DNA of 64,000 nt from Theionarchaea archaeon (GTDB lineage Archaea > Methanobacteriota_B > Thermococci > Methanofastidiosales > SZ-28-30): assembly GCA_018992685.1 (NCBI GenBank), contig JACVGT010000009.1, forward strand, positions 36,247 through 100,246, read 5' to 3'. Below the pieces are notes generated by a model. It had not been told where the DNA came from and did no database searches. It saw only the letters and a list, made by a program, of their open reading frames with translations. The position numbers and the translations under genes were made by a program. Below, piece after piece: positions 21,767 to 30,872 of the stretch; position 1 is the stretch's first letter, and each line of letters starts with the position of its first letter.

Positions 21767-22927
21767 TTACTCACCCTGGTCCTTTCGTCTGGATTTCCAC
21801 CTTTTCTTGAACTCTTTGGCCAACGAGACTTCCTTCATAAGATCTTGCCCCATTTCACCCAGTAACCGCCTTACAAGAACATCATCTGTTTCCTCCTCCT
21901 CAAAAGGCTGAGAAACGTGTGGAGAGGATGATAATTGATAGAAATCAACGATCCCTGACGATTCCATGTCATCATAAATCTTCCGAAGCGCCTCCCTGCC
22001 CATGAGTTCCCCTGAAGGATCCATGATCAGTGCTGCCTGAATCTTTCCCTTACCCAGGACCATGAGTCCTCTGGCATCGTCTGAGCGTACCCACAGGTAC
22101 CCGTCAAAGTTCCGGGAGGCTGCACTCCGCAGGAGGGCTTCAAACGAGAATGTACCGTTACAGGGGGCGTTGAGGACCAAGGTTCCTCGCTCCAGCCCCA
22201 TCATCTTCAATGCCATAAACCGTTTCAGATCTTCAGACGCCTTTTCTGAGGATATGGTCTCCTCAACAGGCGATTTCAACCGTGACGCATTGTTGAAAAA
22301 AAGATAGTCGTCTACGAACTTTCGTCCCTGTTTATAGGCCTTCCCTTCAGTAAAAAACAGAGCAATCTCCCTCAAAGCCTCATCTCCCAGTCGTACAGAA
22401 TCTGCTGATTCGAGTACAGCAGCCACAGGAGTTTCCTTAAACAGAATTGCACCTTCCTGGACGAAATCTTCGACTTCTCTGGTGACCCGCAGGCACCCCA
22501 CCAGGGATTGACGTTCCAGCTGAAGAAGGACATCCAGAAGGTCTCCACTCTTCACACCGGATAGGACTCCCGTGAACAGAGAGGTTCCAATCTTGAACTT
22601 TTCTGTCGTTCCAGGAGCAAGGAACGTCTCAGGATGGTCTTTCCTTATGCGTTCGAGTGTTTCCTCCCGATATGTAGCTATTTCAGCCAGGGCCTCCTGA
22701 TTCAGGGATAAAATATGGTCGAGTGCCTGTCTGCTGTACAGTTTTCTACCATCAGCGAATTCTGAGAACGCACCAATGATCTCCCGATTCTCAAAGAAAA
22801 CAAAATGATCGTGAAGTCCATTATCCTCTACCGTGAGCCGAACATATCCAGTGTCAACGGCATCCAGCACTTCCTGAGGGTATACCCCTCTACGAAGATC
22901 AACCTCTTTTGCTGCAGGCAATCGCAT
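21767..22927 (-). CDS. Protein with three DUF2226-like repeats
   Basis: Three GY(V/L)-G-hydrophobic-G.EAL units (TGYVRL, VGCLRV, FDGYLWV). Confidence 0.7.
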   Translation of the reverse strand: MRLPAAKEVDLRRGVYPQEVLDAVDTGYVRLTVEDNGLHDHFVFFENREIIGAFSEFADGRKLYSRQALDHILSLNQEALAEIATYREETLERIRKDHPETFLAPGTTEKFKIGTSLFTGVLSGVKSGDLLDVLLQLERQSLVGCLRVTREVEDFVQEGAILFKETPVAAVLESADSVRLGDEALREIALFFTEGKAYKQGRKFVDDYLFFNNASRLKSPVEETISSEKASEDLKRFMALKMMGLERGTLVLNAPCNGTFSFEALLRSAASRNFDGYLWVRSDDARGLMVLGKGKIQAALIMDPSGELMGREALRKIYDDMESSGIVDFYQLSSSPHVSQPFEEEETDDVLVRRLLGEMGQDLMKEVSLAKEFKKRWKSRRKDQGE

Positions 22928-22930
22928 GAG

Positions 22931-23527
22931 TCACGCCTCTTTTTTCTTCCGGTAGAACCCTTCCAGGTTGAGCCTTTTCATCAATCCCTCACGCAGTTCC
23001 TCCAGATCACCTGATCCTAGCTTGTTGAGGGTTTCAAGTTCCTCTTTTCTGGGTTCAACCTGAAGCGTGGGTTTCCGAGGAGCAGCATCTGTGCCCAAAA
23101 CAGCTGCTAATTCTTCTCTGCGATTAAAAAGCCCCTCATCTACTTCTGCTTCTGTTTCTTCCTTCTTTATGGCCTGTTTCGTTGGCATTCCCAGAGTTTC
23201 TTCAGTTACCTCCGCCTCCGGGAATCGATCAAGGAGCAAAGCCACCAGGGGGTAACGGTGCACCTTGATCTCAGTATTGTAATCATTGGAAACTTCAATC
23301 ATCAATGATACAGCCTCTCGACCCTCAGACCTGGAATCACCCTCAAAGAGTGCCAGGCGGGGCCGGCCGTCAAAGAACAGTATTTGCCCCAGGGAGTTAT
23401 CCTCGCCCACGACTTCTACGTATCCCGAAAAATCATTTTCAAGGTTCTCCAGTAATTCTCTCAGAGCATGATGACCTCCGGCTCTGGCTTCGATAATTTC
23501 TCCCTTGGGAATGTCCATGGTGGTCAA
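22931..23527 (-). CDS. DUF2226-like domain protein
   Basis: MDIPKG...FSGYVEV...GQILFFDG...GREA. Confidence 0.72.
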   Translation of the reverse strand: MTTMDIPKGEIIEARAGGHHALRELLENLENDFSGYVEVVGEDNSLGQILFFDGRPRLALFEGDSRSEGREAVSLMIEVSNDYNTEIKVHRYPLVALLLDRFPEAEVTEETLGMPTKQAIKKEETEAEVDEGLFNRREELAAVLGTDAAPRKPTLQVEPRKEELETLNKLGSGDLEELREGLMKRLNLEGFYRKKKEA

Positions 23528-23562
23528 TGGTGAATGTAAACTTTTAAGGTTTTCTGTGGTCG

Positions 23563-24102
23563 CTACAGCAGGCTTTCGAGCTGTAGCTTGCCATCGGAGG
23601 GACCCTCAGCAAAGATGATATCATTCTGCATGAGGCGAAAATCCTTCTGGGGATTGAGCAAGTACTCCTTCCCTCGTTTGACCAGGAAGATGTGCATCCC
23701 CGTCTTGGTGGCAACCTTCAATTCTTCCAGGGTTTGATCTGCCAGGACGGAGTCCTGCGATATATGAAACCGGGCTACAACTTCTTCAGTTTCCTGCATT
23801 GCTTCTGCGAATATGGGGTGGATTTCTCCCCTGAAGACGTTTAAGGCAATTTCAAGAGCAGCATCTGCAATACTCTCAGTAGCATTGATGAGTTCCAGGA
23901 CGGAGAGGAACCGTTCTTTGCTGATGTCTCTCACCATGTCCAGGACAGTCATCTTGGCCTGGTAGTTCAGGATATCCATTTTTTCTTCCAGTTCTTCAAC
24001 ATCTTCTGCTATTTCTGTGTCTCTAAAGAGTAGGGCGGCAAAAGCCAGATCTATCATTAATTCTGAGGTATCCTTCATCTCCTGAATTGTTTCCCTGAGC
24101 AT
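23563..24102 (-). CDS. PhoU + TrkA-C domain protein (potassium channel regulatory)
   Basis: EMKDTSELMIDLAFAAL; C-terminal TrkA-C (TGMHIFLVKRG). Confidence 0.88.
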   Translation of the reverse strand: MLRETIQEMKDTSELMIDLAFAALLFRDTEIAEDVEELEEKMDILNYQAKMTVLDMVRDISKERFLSVLELINATESIADAALEIALNVFRGEIHPIFAEAMQETEEVVARFHISQDSVLADQTLEELKVATKTGMHIFLVKRGKEYLLNPQKDFRLMQNDIIFAEGPSDGKLQLESLL

Positions 24103-24103
24103 T

Positions 24104-24694
24104 CTACCACTTGCTCCTCCTGCCCTTGGCGATTTCTTTGAGAATGAGGTGGCCCTCTTCTGTCCCGCGGGCCATGAGGACATCGTTGTTGCTGAAAATG
24201 AATCGCTTGGGGGGGTTATACACCCATCGTTTACCTCTCCTGACAGCAATGATGGTGACACCAATGCGGGAAGCGAGTTCTGATTCTCTGAGAGGGATTC
24301 CAATGAGCTTGGACTGTTCTTCCAGTTCTACCCTGAAGATCTTTTCATCAGTGTATTTGAGGGATTCCTGTATGACGGAGTGAATGTCCAGATCACGGGC
24401 GACAGTTTCTGCAATGTTCTGGGCGTGGTTTGAGATGTCCTTTATGGCTGTTGCGACGTTCAAAATCTCTGAGATTTGTTCTGCATCTTCCCGGGTCCGG
24501 GAAGCGAGGAGGGCTCTGATGGTTAACTGGTAGTGTAGTTCGTCCATGGTTTCTTCAAGGGCATACACTTCGTCAGCAATTGCTTCTGAATCAAAGAGAA
24601 CGGAAGAATAAGCCAGGTCAACGATGAGTTCTGAGATGTTTTTCATTTCGATAAAGATCTCTTTGAGGTTCATGTCCTCAGGATGTTTGTCCAT
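24104..24694 (-). CDS. PhoU + TrkA-C domain protein
   Basis: EMKNISELIVDLAYSS; GVTIIAVRRG..W.YNP. Confidence 0.9.
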   Translation of the reverse strand: MDKHPEDMNLKEIFIEMKNISELIVDLAYSSVLFDSEAIADEVYALEETMDELHYQLTIRALLASRTREDAEQISEILNVATAIKDISNHAQNIAETVARDLDIHSVIQESLKYTDEKIFRVELEEQSKLIGIPLRESELASRIGVTIIAVRRGKRWVYNPPKRFIFSNNDVLMARGTEEGHLILKEIAKGRRSKW

Positions 24695-24902
24695 TAAGGT
24701 AGTGTGGGTATTGGAGTTTTTAAGATTTTGTATGGGTTGGCCAGGTTCTGGTGAAAGAGTGGTGCTATTGTGTGGGATAACCGGAGGTAACGGCGGGATT
24801 GCGTGGGTTCGTCACAAAGTGGTTGCAGCAGCAATCTCAGGGGTTCAGGTAATGCTTCGTCCTTTTCTTTGATGGTAAACTTGATTCACTGCACTCAATT
24901 CT

Positions 24903-25067
24903 CTAATCCTTTTCACATAATTCCTTGAGTCTTTCCCATAGCTCGTCTTCATCCATTTCTTTGATCATTCTGGGACTCAAGGAAGGTGGTCGATCATCTG
25001 ACCGATACACCGGGTACTTATACTTATCAGAGGATTCCTTGCGCTCAAAAATCTTGCGGAATGGCAT
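24903..25067 (-). CDS. Small hypothetical protein (54 aa)
   Basis: Hand translation MPFRKIFERK...MDEDELWERLKELCEKD; AAGGTG RBS. Confidence 0.45.
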   Translation of the reverse strand: MPFRKIFERKESSDKYKYPVYRSDDRPPSLSPRMIKEMDEDELWERLKELCEKD

Positions 25068-25400
25068 TGTGTACACCTTGTCATGTAGAGTTCATTGTAG
25101 TCCTTTATAGACGTATGGCAGACATCCAGAAAATTCCCACGTTGAGGACTACACTCTTGCTCTATTCTGTTCTCCCAACTGCATTCTTAAAGATTCTCCG
25201 CTTCTCAGTTCTCTGATCACTTCGACACCTGCAGCAGCCACGGAGATCGACGTTTCAGAAAAGATGCCGGCAGTGCCTCAGAGGCGTGCGGAAGCACGTG
25301 ATCTGAGAGCGTTTGCGTTGCTAGGTGTCCAGCAGCAATTCCATCAACTATCTAACCTATTCCTGCTACATTCTCTTTCACGAACAGAAGAAAAGAAAAA

Positions 25401-25865
25401 TCAAATAAAGAGAGTAATATCAGCTTTGGATGCTTCCTGAACGTAGGTTGCGACACCTACAACATCATCTACGGGGATTAAATCCTCTTTCCGAACACCC
25501 ATAACTCTCATGGACATCTCACAGGCCAGGAAGGTCACTCCCAGTTCTTTTGCGTCTTTGATCATCTCTCGAGGCAGTCTAACGTTTTTCTTCTTCATCA
25601 TCCGTTTCATCAGCCATCGTCCCATCCCCAGCATATTCAGCCTTGAAGGGCCAATAGCATCGCCGCCTCTGGCCATCACATTGAACATCTTGCCCATGAA
25701 CCCTTCGCCTTTCCATGCGCCCCCTTTCTTTATCACATTCAATCCCCAGAATGTGGAAAACAATGTCACGTCCATGCCTGAGGCAGCTGCCCCGGTAGCC
25801 ACAGTCAGAGCAGCCATAGCCTTGTCCAGATCTCCGCTAAACACAATAATAGACGCTTTTCCCAT
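25401..25865 (-). CDS. DsrE2/DrsE-like sulfur carrier protein
   Basis: FSGDLDKA, FSTFWGL, ACEMSM, GVATY. Confidence 0.9.
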   Translation of the reverse strand: MGKASIIVFSGDLDKAMAALTVATGAAASGMDVTLFSTFWGLNVIKKGGAWKGEGFMGKMFNVMARGGDAIGPSRLNMLGMGRWLMKRMMKKKNVRLPREMIKDAKELGVTFLACEMSMRVMGVRKEDLIPVDDVVGVATYVQEASKADITLFI

Positions 25866-25867
25866 GG

Positions 25868-26095
25868 TTACACCGTTCTAGCAAAGTACCTGACAAAAGT
25901 ATCATCTGGCTCAGAACCCAGAAACTCATTTCCTGTCTGTTCACACCAGGCAGGTACATCCCTCTTTGCACCTTCATCATCTGCCCACAATTCAATTATC
26001 TTTCCTGAATCCATTTTTCTCCTCTGTTTGGCCAGTTCCACGATGGGCTGAGGACATACCATACCTCTACTATCCAGTTTTACATCTGATTCCAT
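25868..26095 (-). CDS. tusA: TusA/SirA sulfurtransferase
   Basis: LDSRGMVCPQP, ADDEGA..DVPAWC. Confidence 0.9.
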   Translation of the reverse strand: MESDVKLDSRGMVCPQPIVELAKQRRKMDSGKIIELWADDEGAKRDVPAWCEQTGNEFLGSEPDDTFVRYFARTV

Positions 26096-26183
26096 TCTAT
26101 CACCTCTACTACACAAATGTTCAAAATTCCCATTGATTTTATACAATCGCAAGATTTATAAAAGTTTCGACTTTACTTTGTGC

Positions 26184-26621
26184 ATGGATGAAATCGACAG
26201 ATCAATCTTGAACGTACTCCAGGACAATTCCCGGCTGTCCTTCAGAAAGATCGCCCAGAAGATTGGCGTGACTGCGGCAACAGTCAGTGCCCGGGTGTCG
26301 GATCTGGAGAGCAGGGGTATCATAAAGAAGTACACAGTCCTCCTTGATTACGACCAGCTTGATAAGGAGACCTTGCTCATCACACTGGATGCAGATTTGT
26401 CCCAGATTGACGACATAGTCCAGGCTATGGTGGGGCTCCCAGAAATATGCTGCATTCTGCGGGTTACAGGGAACTTCGACCTAGTGGCGCTGATGAGGTG
26501 TGACGGCCATAGAGGTGCGCGGACGGTCTTGAACAGCATCAAGAGCATACCGGGGGTACGAATGGTGAACAGTCAGATGGTCTTACAGACTCTCCAGGAG
26601 ACCCTGTGTGTGAAAATGTAG
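26184..26621 (+). CDS. Lrp/AsnC transcriptional regulator
   Basis: MDEIDRSILNVLQDNSRLSFRKIA...GIIKKY...VTGNFD. Confidence 0.93.
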   Translation: MDEIDRSILNVLQDNSRLSFRKIAQKIGVTAATVSARVSDLESRGIIKKYTVLLDYDQLDKETLLITLDADLSQIDDIVQAMVGLPEICCILRVTGNFDLVALMRCDGHRGARTVLNSIKSIPGVRMVNSQMVLQTLQETLCVKM

Positions 26622-26629
26622 GTGGGAGA

Positions 26630-26980
26630 ATGAATATTGGTGTTATGGTTTTAGAAGGGCCGTATCAGACAGAAAGTGTGGATACAGCCATACATTTCGT
26701 GGAGGCAGCTCTCGAGAAAGGGCATACAGTAAAAGGGATTTTTTTATTCATGGACGGTGTGTATAACAGTAACAAGCGTGTAAATCCTTCAGGAGAAAGG
26801 AATGTTGTTGCCATGTTAAATGCAGTGGGTGAAAAGGTTCCCGTCACCGCCTGCGCCGCCTGTGCACAGTTTCGAGCAGTGAAAAAAGACACAGTTGCCG
26901 ACAATGTGAGATTGGGCGGTCTGGGAGAACTGGTTAGCCTGGTACAGACATGTGATAAGATTGTTACTTTTGGTGGTTGA
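26630..26980 (+). CDS. dsrE: DsrE/TusD-like sulfur relay protein
   Basis: GPY, IFLFMDGVY, ACAACAQFR, GGLGEL. Confidence 0.85.
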   Translation: MNIGVMVLEGPYQTESVDTAIHFVEAALEKGHTVKGIFLFMDGVYNSNKRVNPSGERNVVAMLNAVGEKVPVTACAACAQFRAVKKDTVADNVRLGGLGELVSLVQTCDKIVTFGG

Positions 26981-26981
26981 T

Positions 26982-27335
26982 ATGAACATCATTCTATTCA
27001 GACAGGCCCCGTATGGAACCTCGTTCACAGGGGAAGGTATCAGGGTCTTGAGCGCGCTGCAGGCATTTGGAGTTTCCAGCAAGGTGCTTTTCGTGGACGA
27101 TGGGGTGTTTGCACTGATGAAAGCACAGAATCCTTCTGCACTGCATATGAGAAGCATAGGAGAGGGAGTGAACATGCTGGAAGAAAATGGGCTGGAACAC
27201 GTTTTGGTGTGCGGAGCGTCCCTGAAGGAACGAGGAATTGATGAGAAGGACTTAATTGATGCGAAAATTACCATTGTGGACAAGAAAGAGGTCGGAAGAC
27301 TGTTGGAACATGCTGGCATCATACTCCCATTTTGA
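26982..27335 (+). CDS. dsrF: DsrF/TusC-like sulfur relay protein
   Basis: APYG, LFVDDGVF, SLKERGI. Confidence 0.85.
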   Translation: MNIILFRQAPYGTSFTGEGIRVLSALQAFGVSSKVLFVDDGVFALMKAQNPSALHMRSIGEGVNMLEENGLEHVLVCGASLKERGIDEKDLIDAKITIVDKKEVGRLLEHAGIILPF

Positions 27336-27360
27336 GGTGAGTCCATGTTATTCATTATCA

Positions 27361-27393
27361 CAGTAGTTCCGAATGTAGAAAATTACTGCACAC
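27361..27393 (+). repeat. Left terminal inverted repeat
   Basis: CAGTAGTTCCGAATGTAGAAAATTACTGCACAC. Confidence 0.95.
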
Positions 27394-27451
27394 ATCTTGC
27401 TAATATCGCAATGTGCTGCTATCAACGAAATGCTCCTTTAGTAGATCAAGA

Positions 27452-27775
27452 TTAGTGTTTTCCCTTGCTAGCCCAAATACCGAGAACTATAGATAAGATG
27501 GAAAGCCAAAGCATTATTAAATAATTGATTTGATCTTCCCTAGGAACTTTCAGTAGGAGAAGAATCCCAATAATAGCTGCTACTATTATAATAATTGACC
27601 ATTTTTTCTCCTTAATACTTGAGAAAGAAAAGATCGGGGTGCCTGCATATTTGTGCAATAAGACCCTATTTTTCTCTTTCAAATCATTTTTTATGGAAGA
27701 TTCCCTCAGTTCTTTAAATTTGAGAATTTCTGAATAGATTACTCTGAGTATATATTGAATATGCTTTGCATGCAT
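27452..27775 (-). CDS. Small 2-TM hypothetical protein (cargo)
   Basis: 107-aa ORF with two hydrophobic helices; start ambiguous. Confidence 0.55.
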   Translation of the reverse strand: MHAKHIQYILRVIYSEILKFKELRESSIKNDLKEKNRVLLHKYAGTPIFSFSSIKEKKWSIIIIVAAIIGILLLLKVPREDQINYLIMLWLSILSIVLGIWASKGKH

Positions 27776-27977
27776 GCAAGCATGATATCACCTCCACTAA
27801 GATTGATTAATTTGCCAATCGTTCTGAGAAAAATCTGGTATAGTTAGTACTAACTTAATATGATAGGAATGCTTCTTTCTGTTTAATAGGAAAAAATGAT
27901 TCAGTTATAGAACCACGTGAATAGTTATATGAAGAAAAGAATCTATAAAAAGCATTTAATAATCGAAAACTTCTTAA

Positions 27978-28403
27978 GTGGTGAACGCGAAGAAGATAAA
28001 TATGTATAAGAACGAAATTTTAGAAATACTCGACACGATGATTCAGTCTTTGACGGAAAATCCCAACCAGTTCGTCTTCCAAGGAGTCAAAGTGACTGGA
28101 TTGAAGTGCATAAATTCGGATGGAGGCACCGGTATGCACATAGTAGCAGGAGCCCCAGGATCTGTAGGAATGAAAGTAACAGCTTCAGCCGAAGACATTG
28201 ATACAAGAGCTATTCAGAATATGAGTAGACAAACAGAGATTAATCAGACGATAAACGCTTTGGAAGAGTTCAGAGCCGAAATATGCAAAGAAAGACCAAA
28301 TATGCCAGTCTTGAGAAGAATCTTGGAAACGGGGGAAAGAGTACTCGCGCCAGTCATTTCAGCGATTCTAATAAAGATGCTTTCATTGTATTCAGGCAGT
28401 TAA
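27978..28403 (+). CDS. Hypothetical protein (cargo)
   Basis: 141-aa ORF downstream of an AT-rich promoter. Confidence 0.65.
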   Translation: MVNAKKINMYKNEILEILDTMIQSLTENPNQFVFQGVKVTGLKCINSDGGTGMHIVAGAPGSVGMKVTASAEDIDTRAIQNMSRQTEINQTINALEEFRAEICKERPNMPVLRRILETGERVLAPVISAILIKMLSLYSGS

Positions 28404-28474
28404 ATGGAAGTGATGAAAATGACTCTAATGGGAGATATCGAATTCGATCAATTGTAGTGAACTCGAATTTATTG

Positions 28475-28915
28475 TTATTTTATCTTCGACAGCAGTTGAG
28501 TCTGTGTGATGTAAATAGGCTCTCCATGACTGTCGTACTTATCTGTCCGAGACGCCATAGTTAGAACTAACTTCAGAGAGAGCTTTTTTCCATCTTCCAG
28601 CTCATACTCATTCCAAGATTCATCAATCGCAGAAAAATCTATATCTTCATCAATTACTGATTCATCAAGCTCATCTATTTCATATTCTCTATCCCCAGGT
28701 TCTCCAAGGAGATTTGGATGAGCCAGTACACCAATTACATTATTTGAGTTAAAATCCATTCTCATTGCTGCTTCATTCTCTTCAACTATTCTGAGCTTAA
28801 CTAAGACATATTTAACTAAAATAATACTGCCATCTTTTAACTTATACCCATTCCAGTTCTCTCTTAGTATTTTATAATTGACAAATCCATACTCTGAGAA
28901 GTCTATCATTTTCAT
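28475..28915 (-). CDS. Hypothetical protein with internal duplication (E.WN.Y.L.DG) (cargo)
   Basis: ENWNGYKLKDG and ESWNEYELEDG repeats; AAGGTG RBS. Confidence 0.75.
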   Translation of the reverse strand: MKMIDFSEYGFVNYKILRENWNGYKLKDGSIILVKYVLVKLRIVEENEAAMRMDFNSNNVIGVLAHPNLLGEPGDREYEIDELDESVIDEDIDFSAIDESWNEYELEDGKKLSLKLVLTMASRTDKYDSHGEPIYITQTQLLSKIK

Positions 28916-28921
28916 TACACC

Positions 28922-29125
28922 TTACACCTCGCAATAATCAATAGTCCCAAAATCGTTCGCATGTATGATCATGGTCTTTGTTCGAAATAGCTCCCTAATG
29001 CCCTTCCTTTCCTTAATGATTTTAGGTTCACAAATCACAAGACTATCGGATTCGATCCTCAAAATGTGGACTACTTTACTATATGACATTGGCAATTCCA
29101 CATTAATTCCTATTGGGATTTTCAT
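28922..29125 (-). CDS. Small hypothetical protein (cargo)
   Basis: 67 aa, translationally coupled with its neighbours. Confidence 0.55.
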   Translation of the reverse strand: MKIPIGINVELPMSYSKVVHILRIESDSLVICEPKIIKERKGIRELFRTKTMIIHANDFGTIDYCEV

Positions 29126-29466
29126 TCCATTACCTTGTAAATGTCAATTACTCCTTTTGCCGTCTTTCTAATGAGATATTTCTTTCCAGAATAGTCCACT
29201 GGATAGAATTTCTCCATTTCCATTCTGTCAATTTTCATTCTAATCTTTCCATCTCTAATAAACACAGGCGAATCAACCATTTGACCAGTTGGAAGTCTAG
29301 TTTGTTGGACAGTCATTAGTACTGCTCTCATAGAAGAGGCTATCGCCTGAAATGATACTTCATGGCCTATCAAAAACTCCCCAGAATTCATAGGACAGCT
29401 TGATGTATTTCTTATTTCGCTGACTTGGTAGTATGGATTCGCAACAGCATGGTTGGAGATTATCAT
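29122..29466 (-). CDS. Hypothetical protein (cargo)
   Basis: 114 aa, first gene of a three-gene minus-strand operon; TATA near 29505. Confidence 0.6.
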   Translation of the reverse strand: MIISNHAVANPYYQVSEIRNTSSCPMNSGEFLIGHEVSFQAIASSMRAVLMTVQQTRLPTGQMVDSPVFIRDGKIRMKIDRMEMEKFYPVDYSGKKYLIRKTAKGVIDIYKVME

Positions 29467-29698
29467 AGAACATCACTTTATGGTAAGACTGCTTTGGTAA
29501 AGTATATAAGCTTTTCTATAATTTTTGGTATCTTCATCTTGAAGATTACAGAATTGATAGGATTTAGTCAAAAAAGAACAGAGAGCCTGAGGGGGGTGAA
29601 AGATTAGAAGTGTTTACAGGCTCCCTGTCGTGCCACTCGGTAAAAATCCTTTCGGCCTCTGTCCGATTCGATTCTTGCGGTACTATGTGAGAAGGTAA

Positions 29699-29827
29699 TT
29701 ATCTCGGAATTTCACCGATGCGAGGATATGTCATTCCTTTTTTCTTTTCTTCTTTTTTGAAATTGTTATCCTCTCCTTCATTGTTTTTCTCCTTTTCCGA
29801 GCCTTCCAGTGCAATTGATTCACCCAT
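29699..29827 (-). CDS. Small charged peptide divergent from regulator 2 (42 aa)
   Basis: AGGAGG RBS; MGESIALEGSEKEKNNEGEDNNFKKEEKKKGMTYPRIGEIPR. Confidence 0.45.
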   Translation of the reverse strand: MGESIALEGSEKEKNNEGEDNNFKKEEKKKGMTYPRIGEIPR

Positions 29828-29924
29828 ATTTCTTCCTCCTATTTTTGTATTGGTTTCTCGAAGAGGTGAAGATTAGGAACCTCTACGATAGCTTTAAATA
29901 GTCACTTGGAATAAGAGATTTACG

Positions 29925-30872
29925 GTGAAAGACATGTGCATTTACTTACCGGATGACTTGAGGAGATTGAATCACTCCATGTATCGCACATTCTTGAAAG
30001 AGCCTCGATTACATACTAAGGATGCAACAGTAAAATGTGGTGCTTCAAGGAACACAATAGCGAAATACTGGAAAGAAGGATTGGAGAAAGAAAAATTCTT
30101 CCCTCCTCAATTACGCCTTAACATGTACAAGAATAGGAAAGAGTACATTTATCTAATACAGAGTGATTCAGCACATAAACTGTATTCTCATTTTCAGAAA
30201 AATCCTGATGTTATTTATATCTCTTACACATCAGGTAAATTTGACCTTTTATTACAGACGAGCAAGCCTCTGGACATACTTCCAGATAGGACAGTTCTTC
30301 ACGGGAGCAGAGGGAACTATATCTTTCCTAGTTTGACTGATTGCTCGTATGAAAATGCTCTTGATAGAATGGAAGCCACGTTAGAAAAAGAGCAAATGCC
30401 ATCGAAAATACCAGTTGAATATCCTGATGAACCTCAAGAGAAAGGAAGTCCTCATTATGGGTGGATGATATATCCATACATTAAATATGATTTAAGGACT
30501 GGATTCACTCCCATCACAAAGAAATTACACATATCCTTTGAATCCTTCTATAAGGGGATTAATTACCTGATGAATGTCTCAACAGTATTGCTTCCATACT
30601 ACCCGCTTGGATTCAGACTATATTCACAGTATTTCCTCGTGTTCTGGTCAGATTATGAGAAATTTCTCTGTAAATTCCTTGGATGTCTACCATGTCATAC
30701 CTCAATAACGAAAGTAAACAACGAAGCATTAGTCATGCTGGTCTCAATCCAGAAAGGAGAAACATTTAGTGAGAGACTATTTCATCTCTTTTTCAAGATG
30801 GTTGATATTGGATTGATTGACCATTTTTGGAGTTCAAAACCTGTCTATTATTGGAGACCAGATTTACCGTGA
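29925..30872 (+). CDS. Tandem Lrp/AsnC-like winged-helix regulator (regulator 2, cargo)
   Basis: HTH (TKDATVKCGASRNTIAKY); shares P.LRL, G.RG, YP.G and DYEK.L...LP motifs with 17229-18164. Confidence 0.75.
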   Translation: MKDMCIYLPDDLRRLNHSMYRTFLKEPRLHTKDATVKCGASRNTIAKYWKEGLEKEKFFPPQLRLNMYKNRKEYIYLIQSDSAHKLYSHFQKNPDVIYISYTSGKFDLLLQTSKPLDILPDRTVLHGSRGNYIFPSLTDCSYENALDRMEATLEKEQMPSKIPVEYPDEPQEKGSPHYGWMIYPYIKYDLRTGFTPITKKLHISFESFYKGINYLMNVSTVLLPYYPLGFRLYSQYFLVFWSDYEKFLCKFLGCLPCHTSITKVNNEALVMLVSIQKGETFSERLFHLFFKMVDIGLIDHFWSSKPVYYWRPDLP

